A DNA stretch of 64,000 nt from an uncultured Acidobacteriota bacterium. Lineage in GTDB: Bacteria; Acidobacteriota; Thermoanaerobaculia; Multivoradales; UBA5704. The notes below the pieces were generated by a model. The model was not told the DNA's origin. It did not search any database and saw nothing but the letters and a program-made list of their open reading frames with translations. The stretch lies in assembly GCA_963700145.1 (NCBI GenBank), contig OY969474.1:192001-256000 (forward strand), in the 5' to 3' direction. Each line of letters opens with the position of its first letter. Within the stretch, counting starts at the first letter, position 1. Made by a program: the position numbers and the translations under genes. Of the stretch, positions 1 through 10,364 are shown in pieces.

Positions 1-1071
1 AGCTCGTTCAAGATCGCCAACCTCGGCGTGCCGATCGGCGCCTTCGAGCAGGACCGCTCGGCCGGCATCCAGGGGCGGCTCGGTGCCACGGCGCCGATGA
101 TCCCGCTGACCCTGCGCGTCGGCGGCGCCGAGAAGTCGCGCACCTTCCACATGCGCCTGGCGGAGGTGCCGCAGTTCACGCCGCTTCTTCTCGCCACCTC
201 CGCGCTCGGCGGGCTCGAGGCGGCGACGTACATCGGCGGCGCCCACGGCCTCGATTTGACGGCCCGCTTCCGGCTCTCCGGCGGGCGCCAGCTCGCGCTG
301 CGCCAGAGCTTCGCTGGCGACGGCGCGGCGCTGCAGAGCGCCACCTTCCTGCTGGCGGTCGCCGCCTACCTGCTGCAGAACCCGCTCGAGCGGGTGGCCG
401 TCGAGGAGATCGAGGTGGACCTCGGGCAGCAGGACGAGCCGCGCTCGGCCCAGCTCGTCGGCGCCCACGCCGAGCGCACCGTCGTGCGGCCGGGCGAGCG
501 GGTGGCCCTCAACGTCGACCTCGTCCCCTACCGCGGCGCGCCCTTCCGCCGCACCTTCCAGCTCGACCTGCCGCAGGACCTGCCGGCCGGCCGCTACTCG
601 CTCCTGGTCGGCGACGGCACCAGCGTCGACGCCGCCCGCTTCGCCATCGAGCCGGTCGAGCCGGTGACCTTCGCGCAGGCGCTCGACCTCCTCGGCTCGC
701 TCCACTCCCGCCGCGACATCGTGGCGCTCGGCGTCTTCGGCGGCCAGGGGCTGGCGATCGCCGGCGAGGTGCTGCCGCGCCTCCCGGCCTCCGTGCGCTC
801 GCTCTGGGCCGGGACGCCCACCGGCGGCGCCGTGCCGCTCAAGCTCGCCGTCGCGCAGCAGCACCTGGAGCCCGTGGACCTGCCGGTCGAAGGGTTGGTG
901 CGGGTGGACCTGGAGGTGCGCCGCCGTGAGCCGCAGGCCGCGGCCGAAGCGCAGCCGGACGCGGCGGGCGCCGTGGGCGAGGAGGCGGCGCCGGGCGAGA
1001 AGCCGGCCGCTGCACCGCCGCCGCCGGCCGGCAAGGCCGGTAAGGCGAAGCCGGGAGGGAAAGGACGATGA
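1..1071 (+). CDS. SpoIVB peptidase S55-domain protein, C-terminal part (5' end outside window)
   Basis: Frame is open from base 1 (SSFKIANLGVPIGAFEQDRSAGIQGRLG...), resembling the post-catalytic region of S55 proteins; its stop overlaps the next start (ATGA at 1068-1071). Confidence 0.7.
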   Translation, partial: SSFKIANLGVPIGAFEQDRSAGIQGRLGATAPMIPLTLRVGGAEKSRTFHMRLAEVPQFTPLLLATSALGGLEAATYIGGAHGLDLTARFRLSGGRQLALRQSFAGDGAALQSATFLLAVAAYLLQNPLERVAVEEIEVDLGQQDEPRSAQLVGAHAERTVVRPGERVALNVDLVPYRGAPFRRTFQLDLPQDLPAGRYSLLVGDGTSVDAARFAIEPVEPVTFAQALDLLGSLHSRRDIVALGVFGGQGLAIAGEVLPRLPASVRSLWAGTPTGGAVPLKLAVAQQHLEPVDLPVEGLVRVDLEVRRREPQAAAEAQPDAAGAVGEEAAPGEKPAAAPPPPAGKAGKAKPGGKGR

Positions 1072-3302
1072 GGGTCGAGACCCGCACCGCCGCCCTCCTC
1101 CTCGCCGCCGCCCTGGCCGCCGCGCCGCTCGCGGCCAGCGAGGTGCGCGTCTTCCAGACCCAGACCCAGGCCGGCTTCCTCGCCGGCACGCTCGAAGGCC
1201 TCTCGGTCGATCCGCTGGGCCGGCTCGAGCTGGCGCACCGCGCCGAGCGGCTGACCGCCCTCGGCGAGCCCTTCCTCCTCTCGGCGGCCCGCCACCCCGA
1301 GGGTTGGGTCGTCGGCACCGGCAACGCCGGCAAGGTCTTCCTGGTCGGCGCGAAGGGGGAGGTCCGCGAGCTCTTCGCCGCCGCCGAGCCCGAGGTCTTC
1401 GCCGTCTGGGCCGACCCCGACGGCACCGTCTTCGCCGGCACCTCGCCGGGTGGCAAGGTCTACCGCATCCCGGGGAAGCCCGAGGGCGCCAAGGGGGAGC
1501 TCTACTTCGCCAGCGGCGAGACCTACGTCTGGGCGCTCGCCCGCTCGACCGACGGCGCCCTCCTCGTCGCCACCGGCACGCAGGGGAAGCTCTTCCGCGT
1601 CACCGGCCCGGAGAAGGGCGAGCTCCTCCACGACAGCGACGACACCCACGTCCGCACCCTCGAGCCGCTGCCGGGCGGCGCGCTCCTCGCCGGCACGGCG
1701 GGCGAGGGGCTGGTGCTCCGCCTCGACGCGCCGAGCTCGCGGGCGGCGCAGGTCCGCACCCTGCACGACGCGACGCAGCCCGAGGTCGTGGCCCTGGCCG
1801 CCGCGCCGGACGGCACGATCTACGCCGCCCTCGTCGCCTCCGAGGCGAGCCTGGTCGATCCCTCGCGCACGGCGGCGGCACCTATGCCAAGCGATGCGCC
1901 CGTCGCCGGCTCGCCCGAGGCGCAGAACCAGGCGGCGGTGATCGTCGCGGAAGGCGAGGCGGCCGCGGCCGCTCTCGGCATGCGCCGGCCCGACGACAAG
2001 GGGCCGCGCAGCGAGCTGGTGCGCATCTCGCCCGCCGGCCTGGTCGAGAGCGTCTGGGAGTTCCGCGACGAGACGGTCTACGACCTCTCCTGGCAGGCGG
2101 ACCGCCTGTGGGTGGCGACCGGGCTCGAAGGCAAGCTCTTCAGCTTCGACGGCAGCCAGATGCTGCTCGAGAAGGACGTCGACGAGCGGCAGGTGGTGGC
2201 GCTGGCCGGCGGCGCACCGGGCGACCCGGGGCCGGCCTTCGCCACGACCAACGCCGCGGCCTTCTACCGGCTGACCGCCGCCACCGAGAAGACCGGCACC
2301 TACACCAGCGCCGCGCTCGACGCCGGCCAGATCGCCCGCTTCGGCAGCTTCCGCTGGCGCGGCGAGGCGCCGGCGGGGAGCGGCGTCCGCTTCTCCTTCC
2401 GCAGCGGCGTCTCCTCCGAGCCCGATCGCACCTGGTCGCCGTGGAGCGAGGCGCGGGAGGGGAAGGAAGTGACGCTCGCCGGCGTGCCCGCGGGGCGCTA
2501 CGTCCAGTGGCGGGCGGAGCTCCGCGCCGCCGAGAGCGCCTCGCCCCGCCTCTACGGCGTCGAGCTCTCCTACCGCCAGGAGAACCTCAGCCCCAAGATC
2601 GACACGCTGAGCGCGCTCGATCCCGGGCAGATCCTCGTGCCTTCGAACTTCAACCCCTCGAACCAGGTCTTCGAGCCCGCGCACCCCAACCGCGAGGGGA
2701 TCTTCACCACGCTGGAAGAGGCCGACCAGGGCGAAGACGGACGCCTCAAGCCGCTGTGGAAGAAGGGCTTCCGGTCGCTGCGCTGGCGCGCCGCCGACCC
2801 CAACGGCGACGAGCTGCTCTACGAGCTCTCCTTCCGCCCGGTGGACGCGAGCGGCGCGACGGGCGACGGCGGCTGGCTGCCGGTGGTGAAGGAGCTCGAC
2901 GAGGACTGGTACAGCTTCGACGCCACGGTCCTGCCCGACGGCGTCTACCGTTTCCGCCTGGTCGCCTCCGACCGGTCGAGCAACGAGCCCGACGAGGCGA
3001 AAACGGCCGAGCGGCTCTCGGAGCCGGTGGTCGTCGACCACACCGCTCCCCGGCTCGGCACGGTGACGCACGGCAGGAGCCTGCTGGTCGCCGTCGCCGA
3101 CGAGCTGTCGCCGCTGCGCGAGGCGGTGTGGAGCGCCGACGCCGGCGAGTGGAAGCCGGCCGAGCCGGAGGACGGCCTCCTCGACGGCCGCAGCGAGACG
3201 CTCCACCTGGACGTGCCGGCCGGCAGCCGCCTGGTCCTCCTGCGGGTGACCGACGCCGCGTACAATGTCGTGACCTTCGACCTCTCGCGCGAGACACGAT
3301 GA
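1068..3302 (+). CDS. Secreted beta-propeller protein with C-terminal Fn3/Ig-like domains
   Basis: Signal peptide; repeated 'vwala..dG.l.agTg..GklyrI' blades; usual partner of S55 proteins. Confidence 0.7.
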   Translation: MRVETRTAALLLAAALAAAPLAASEVRVFQTQTQAGFLAGTLEGLSVDPLGRLELAHRAERLTALGEPFLLSAARHPEGWVVGTGNAGKVFLVGAKGEVRELFAAAEPEVFAVWADPDGTVFAGTSPGGKVYRIPGKPEGAKGELYFASGETYVWALARSTDGALLVATGTQGKLFRVTGPEKGELLHDSDDTHVRTLEPLPGGALLAGTAGEGLVLRLDAPSSRAAQVRTLHDATQPEVVALAAAPDGTIYAALVASEASLVDPSRTAAAPMPSDAPVAGSPEAQNQAAVIVAEGEAAAAALGMRRPDDKGPRSELVRISPAGLVESVWEFRDETVYDLSWQADRLWVATGLEGKLFSFDGSQMLLEKDVDERQVVALAGGAPGDPGPAFATTNAAAFYRLTAATEKTGTYTSAALDAGQIARFGSFRWRGEAPAGSGVRFSFRSGVSSEPDRTWSPWSEAREGKEVTLAGVPAGRYVQWRAELRAAESASPRLYGVELSYRQENLSPKIDTLSALDPGQILVPSNFNPSNQVFEPAHPNREGIFTTLEEADQGEDGRLKPLWKKGFRSLRWRAADPNGDELLYELSFRPVDASGATGDGGWLPVVKELDEDWYSFDATVLPDGVYRFRLVASDRSSNEPDEAKTAERLSEPVVVDHTAPRLGTVTHGRSLLVAVADELSPLREAVWSADAGEWKPAEPEDGLLDGRSETLHLDVPAGSRLVLLRVTDAAYNVVTFDLSRETR

Positions 3303-3829
3303 ACCGGACCGTCGCGGTCTATCCGGGGTCGTTCGACCCCGTCCACAACGGACACCTCGACGTCATCGACCGCTGCCGCCCGCTCTTCGGCGAGGTGGTG
3401 GTGGCGGTGCTCGCCAACGAGGAGAAGCAGCCCTGCTTCTCGGTCGAGGAGCGGCTGGAGATGCTGCGCGAGCTCCTCGCCGAACGCCCCGGCTGCCGCG
3501 TCGAGAGCTTCTCCGGCCTGCTCGTCGACTTCATGGACCGGCTGGGCGCGCGCTGCGTGGTGCGCGGCCTGCGCGCCGTCTCCGACTTCGAGTACGAGTT
3601 CCAGATGGCGCTGATGAACCGGCGGCTCAACCCGCGGGTCGAGACCGTGTTCATGATGCCGCACGAGGACTACAGCTACCTCTCCAGCCGGCTGGTCAAG
3701 GAGGTCTTCCGCCTCGGCGGCGACCTGACCGGTCTGGTGCCGCAGCCGGTGCTCGACCGGCTCGGCCGGCGCCTGGGCGCGGGCGCCGCCGCCGCCGCGC
3801 CGCGCCGTGCCGCCGAGCCCGCGCGTTGA
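3299..3829 (+). CDS. coaD: Phosphopantetheine adenylyltransferase
   Basis: MNRTVAVYPGSFDPVHNGHLDVI, RGLRAVSDFEYEFQMALMNR and SSRLVKE motifs; ATG at 3299 overlaps the upstream stop. Confidence 0.96.
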   Translation: MNRTVAVYPGSFDPVHNGHLDVIDRCRPLFGEVVVAVLANEEKQPCFSVEERLEMLRELLAERPGCRVESFSGLLVDFMDRLGARCVVRGLRAVSDFEYEFQMALMNRRLNPRVETVFMMPHEDYSYLSSRLVKEVFRLGGDLTGLVPQPVLDRLGRRLGAGAAAAAPRRAAEPAR

Positions 3830-4896
3830 CCTCGCCCCTCGACACCTTCCTCTTCCGCATGCCGAAGGTGGAGCTGCACGTCCACCTCGAAGGGTCGATG
3901 CGGCCGGCGACGCTGCTGGCGCTGGCGCGCCGGCACAACATCGAGCTGCCGGCGCGCGACGAGGCGGGCCTCCAGCGCTGGTTCCGCTTCCGCAGCTTCG
4001 AGCACTTCGTCGACGTCTACCTCACCTGCTCGCAGGCGCTCGTCGACGCCGAGGACTTCCGCCTCCTCACCCTCGACTTCATGGCCGAGATGGCGCGGCA
4101 GAACGTCCTCTACGCCGAGGCCCACTTCACGATCGGCACCCACCTGGCGAACGGCCGCGACGGCGAGGAGCTGCGGCAGGCGCTGGCCGAGGCGGTGGCG
4201 GAGGGGGAGCGGCAGCACTACGTGCGGCTGCGGCTGGTCACCGACATCGTGCGCAACGTGCCGCAGATGGCCGACCACACGCTGGAGTGGGCGCTGTCGG
4301 GGAAGGGCGATCTGGTCGCGGCGCTCGGGCTCTCGGGGTTCGAGGCCGTCTTCCCCAGCCACCCCTTCCGCGAGCACTTCGAGTACGCGGCGCGCCAGGG
4401 GCTCCACCGCGTGGCGCACGCCGGCGAGCACGCCGGGCCGGGCTCGGTGCGGGCGGCGCTGGAGGTCTGCCAGGCCGAGCGCATCGGCCACGGCGTCCGG
4501 TCGGTCGAGGACCCGGAGCTGGTCGCCGAGCTGGCGCGGCGCGCCGTGCCGCTGGAGATCTGCCCGAGCTCGAACGTGCGTCTCGGGGTGGTGCCCGACC
4601 TGCCGAGCCACCCCTTCGATCGCCTCTACCGCGGCGGCGTGCCGGTCACCGTCAACTCCGACGACCCGCCCTTCTTTGACACCACGCTGACCGACGAGTA
4701 CCGCCGCCTCCAGCAGGCCTTCGGCTACGGCCCGGCCGACCTCGCCGGCTTCTCGCTGACCGCGCTACGCCACTGCTTCCTGCCGGACGCCGAGAAGGCC
4801 GCCCTCGAGGAGGAGTTCCTGCGCCAGTTCGACCGTCTGGGACGGAAGCTCCTGGGCGAGCCGGTGCTACCCGCCGCGGCGGCCGCCGCGGGCTAG
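3826..4896 (+). CDS. add: Adenosine/adenine deaminase
   Basis: PKVELHVHLEGS, HAGE, RIGHG, EICPSSN and NSDDP motifs. Confidence 0.92.
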   Translation: MTSPLDTFLFRMPKVELHVHLEGSMRPATLLALARRHNIELPARDEAGLQRWFRFRSFEHFVDVYLTCSQALVDAEDFRLLTLDFMAEMARQNVLYAEAHFTIGTHLANGRDGEELRQALAEAVAEGERQHYVRLRLVTDIVRNVPQMADHTLEWALSGKGDLVAALGLSGFEAVFPSHPFREHFEYAARQGLHRVAHAGEHAGPGSVRAALEVCQAERIGHGVRSVEDPELVAELARRAVPLEICPSSNVRLGVVPDLPSHPFDRLYRGGVPVTVNSDDPPFFDTTLTDEYRRLQQAFGYGPADLAGFSLTALRHCFLPDAEKAALEEEFLRQFDRLGRKLLGEPVLPAAAAAAG

Positions 4897-5234
4897 GCGC
4901 TCTGCCGGCACCAGGGGCAGTCCGACTCGGCCTCCACCTGGTCCGACGCGGAGTCGATCTCCGTGCCGCTGACCGTGCTCGACGGCGCCTCCTGGGCCGC
5001 CAGGATGCCGATGTCCTCGAACTTCGTCCGCAGCATCGCTCCTTCCGACCCGCCCCACACCTGCAGCGGCGTCGGCTCGACCGGGTCGCCGTTCTCGTCC
5101 TTGCCCGGCGTGACGATCCACAGGAAATAACGACTGGTGAGCGCGAGCACCGCGCTCAGGTCGAGCGTCTTGCCCGCGGCCCCGGTGGCGACCGAGGCGG
5201 TGAGGCTCGAAAGGACTTCGATCTGTGTCGGCAT
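4893..5234 (-). CDS. Hypothetical protein (113 aa, C-terminal CPWC)
   Basis: AAGGAG RBS 5 nt before the ATG; GC3-biased codons; no recognisable family. Confidence 0.6.
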   Translation of the reverse strand: MPTQIEVLSSLTASVATGAAGKTLDLSAVLALTSRYFLWIVTPGKDENGDPVEPTPLQVWGGSEGAMLRTKFEDIGILAAQEAPSSTVSGTEIDSASDQVEAESDCPWCRQSA

Positions 5235-5360
5235 GGCATCTCCTTATTAGGATTCTTTCCTGCGTAGAACAGTGACGAACGGCGAGCAAAAAAACCTCAT
5301 TTCCGATGATACGCTCCAGCCCCGCCTGAACAAACTCCCGCACTCCAAGGAGGGCTCGGC

Positions 5361-5921
5361 ATGATCCCGATCCTGGACCTCTGGTTGCCCATCGTGGTCG
5401 CCGCGGTGCTGGTCTTCGTGGTGAGCTCGATCCTGCACATGGCGCTCACCTACCACCGCCGCGACTACAAGCAGCTACCCAACGAGGGCGAGACGCTGGA
5501 GGGGCTGCGGCGCGGCGGCATCCCGCCCGGCTTCTACTTCTTCCCCTACGCGGCGGGCGCCAAGGAGATGGGCACGCCCGAGATGCAGGAGAAGTACCGG
5601 CAGGGCCCGATCGGGATCCTGATCGCGCGCCCGGCCGGGGCGCCGACGATGGGCAAGCACCTCGCGCTCTGGTTCGGCTACTGCCTGCTGGTGGGCATCT
5701 TCGTCGCCTACCTCGCCGGCCGCACCCTGCCGGCGGGCCTCGAGTACCTGGAGGTCTTCCGCTTCGCCGGCACCGTCGCCTTCCTGGCCTACGGCCTCGG
5801 CAGCATCGTCAACTCGATCTGGATGGGGGTGCCGTGGGGGAACACCCTGCGGGCGCTCATCGACGGGCTGATCTACGCTCTCCTCACCGCGGGCGTCTTC
5901 GGCTGGCTCTGGCCGAATTGA
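5361..5921 (+). CDS. Conserved integral membrane protein
   Basis: AGGAGG RBS; about four hydrophobic segments; ends FGWLWP. Confidence 0.75.
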   Translation: MIPILDLWLPIVVAAVLVFVVSSILHMALTYHRRDYKQLPNEGETLEGLRRGGIPPGFYFFPYAAGAKEMGTPEMQEKYRQGPIGILIARPAGAPTMGKHLALWFGYCLLVGIFVAYLAGRTLPAGLEYLEVFRFAGTVAFLAYGLGSIVNSIWMGVPWGNTLRALIDGLIYALLTAGVFGWLWPN

Positions 5922-5984
5922 CGGCGGCGGGACGCGCCGGGGCGTGTTTGCCCCGCCCCGGCCGCGCGTGAGAACCTAGCGGCC

Positions 5985-8690
<2,706 letters not shown>

Positions 8691-8783
8691 TCGCTCTCAA
8701 CTCTCGCTCAAGTCCCGCCGGGGCGCCGGCACGCCGCTGGCTAGGGTTTTTCGCGTCTAGCTCCGCGACGAGCCCCCGCCGGC

Positions 8784-9521
8784 ATGCTCAACTTCCTGCG
8801 CCGCATCCCCCTCTTCAGCGACCTCGAGGAGGTCGATCTCGCGCGGGTCCTCTCGGTCGCCCGCCTCGAGCGCTACGAAGCCGGCGAGCTCCTCTTCCGC
8901 GAAGGGGAGCCGGTGGACGCCCTCTACTTGGTGCGCGAGGGGACGGTGACCGTCTTCCGCGACGCCCCCGGCAAGCCGCAGCAGGTCCTGGCGCGCCTCC
9001 GCGAGGGCGGCTTCTTCGGCGAGATGGGCCTGCTCGAGCGGGTGCGCCGCGTCGCCTCCGCCCGTACCTCCTCCCCGACCACGCTCCTGCGCATCGACAA
9101 GGACGACCTCCTCTGCCTGCTGGCCGACAATCCGCCGCTCGAGCTGCGGCTGCGCAACGAGGTGATCCGCCGCCACGGACAGAACGTCACGGCGTCGCTG
9201 GGGGTGAAGCGGCAGGAGGACGTGCGCATCCGGCTGGGCATCGAGATCGAGGCCGTCCTGCCGGACGGTGCGCGGCTGCCGCTGCGGCTCGAGAACCTCT
9301 CGGCCGGCGGCCTCGGCGTCACCGGCGCGCCGGAGGCCTGGCGGCCGGAGACGCCGGTGCGCTTCGGCTTGGCGCCGCCCGGAGAGCCCGCGATCCTCGC
9401 GGTGAACGGAACGGTCTCCTGGCGCGAAGGTGAGCAGGCCGGGATCGCCTTCGCCGCCCCGTCGCAGCAGCTCACCGAGAAGGTCCACCGCGCCCTCCGC
9501 CGCCTGCTGGCGCAGGGCTGA
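8784..9521 (+). CDS. Cyclic nucleotide-binding domain + PilZ domain protein
   Basis: LFREGE...FFGEMGLL...RVASAR cNMP cassette; C-terminal KRQEDVR...ENLSAGG PilZ-like motifs. Confidence 0.8.
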   Translation: MLNFLRRIPLFSDLEEVDLARVLSVARLERYEAGELLFREGEPVDALYLVREGTVTVFRDAPGKPQQVLARLREGGFFGEMGLLERVRRVASARTSSPTTLLRIDKDDLLCLLADNPPLELRLRNEVIRRHGQNVTASLGVKRQEDVRIRLGIEIEAVLPDGARLPLRLENLSAGGLGVTGAPEAWRPETPVRFGLAPPGEPAILAVNGTVSWREGEQAGIAFAAPSQQLTEKVHRALRRLLAQG

Positions 9522-9530
9522 GGGGACTGT

Positions 9531-10286
9531 CTAGGCGACGCCCAGGATCCAGCCTTCGAGGAGAGCGCGCTCCTTCTCGTCGGGGGAGAGCGCCGGCGTG
9601 AAGTAGGGGCGGAGGAGGTCGAGCAGGTCGCGCTCCTGGAGCCAGGCGCAGATGGCGTAGGCGTCGTGCGCCTCGCGCTTCAATTCCTGATTCGGGTAGC
9701 GGTGGCGCAGGCGCGCCGGGCGCACCTCGGCGACGAGCGAGCGCCCCTCCGGCACCTCCCAGCCGTCGAAGGGCCAGAAGTGGACGCGGTCGCCGGCGCG
9801 CCGGAGGTAGTCGAGCCAGGGGAGCCCGGCGTGCGTCGCCTTGGCGCGGCTGTCGAGCGTGTCGAAGCGGAAGACGCCGGTGGGGAAGGCGCTCCAGCGG
9901 CCGGTCAGGCGGTGCTCGTCGGGGTCGCCGGAGCGCGGGTTGCCGGGGAGGAGCTCCCGCACCGTCGACTCGTGGGTCGGCCAGTGCCCCTCGAAGTCGG
10001 CCAGGAACTCCTCCCAGCTCTTGAGGTTGTGGCGGTCCATGTAGCTCTGCGGGAAGGAGAAGGCGTGGTCGAGCCCGACCGCGACCGGCCCCTCCTCGCG
10101 GATCTTCCAGAGCAGCCACTCCGCCAGCTCGCGCCGGCTCCAGCGGCCGCCCGCGTCGTCGTGGTTGAGCTCGTGGTACGGCTCGTGGTCCTCGCGGGCG
10201 GCGAAGACCTGGATCTCGCGCAGGCGGTCGCCCGGGTCCTTGCGCCCCGAGTAGCGGATGCCGATGTACTGCCCGAAGCCGGCCAT
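9531..10286 (-). CDS. Hypothetical protein, DUF429-like predicted RNase H-fold family
   Basis: MAGFGQYIGIRYSG...VGLDHAFSFP...HFWPFDGW...AEVRP...DAYAIC...LEGWILG; ATG at 10286. Confidence 0.6.
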   Translation of the reverse strand: MAGFGQYIGIRYSGRKDPGDRLREIQVFAAREDHEPYHELNHDDAGGRWSRRELAEWLLWKIREEGPVAVGLDHAFSFPQSYMDRHNLKSWEEFLADFEGHWPTHESTVRELLPGNPRSGDPDEHRLTGRWSAFPTGVFRFDTLDSRAKATHAGLPWLDYLRRAGDRVHFWPFDGWEVPEGRSLVAEVRPARLRHRYPNQELKREAHDAYAICAWLQERDLLDLLRPYFTPALSPDEKERALLEGWILGVA

Positions 10287-10364
10287 GACTGCGGCGATGC
10301 TATCAGCGGGCGCCGCGCCGCCCGGCGCGCGTAGAATCCGCGCGCACCTTCCCAAGGAGCCCGC

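Noticed and set aside
926-3298. 967-aa ORF with a long N-terminal extension on coaD
   Set aside because: Arg/Pro-rich off-frame read-through of the real 1068-3302 gene; coaD begins at ATG 3299.
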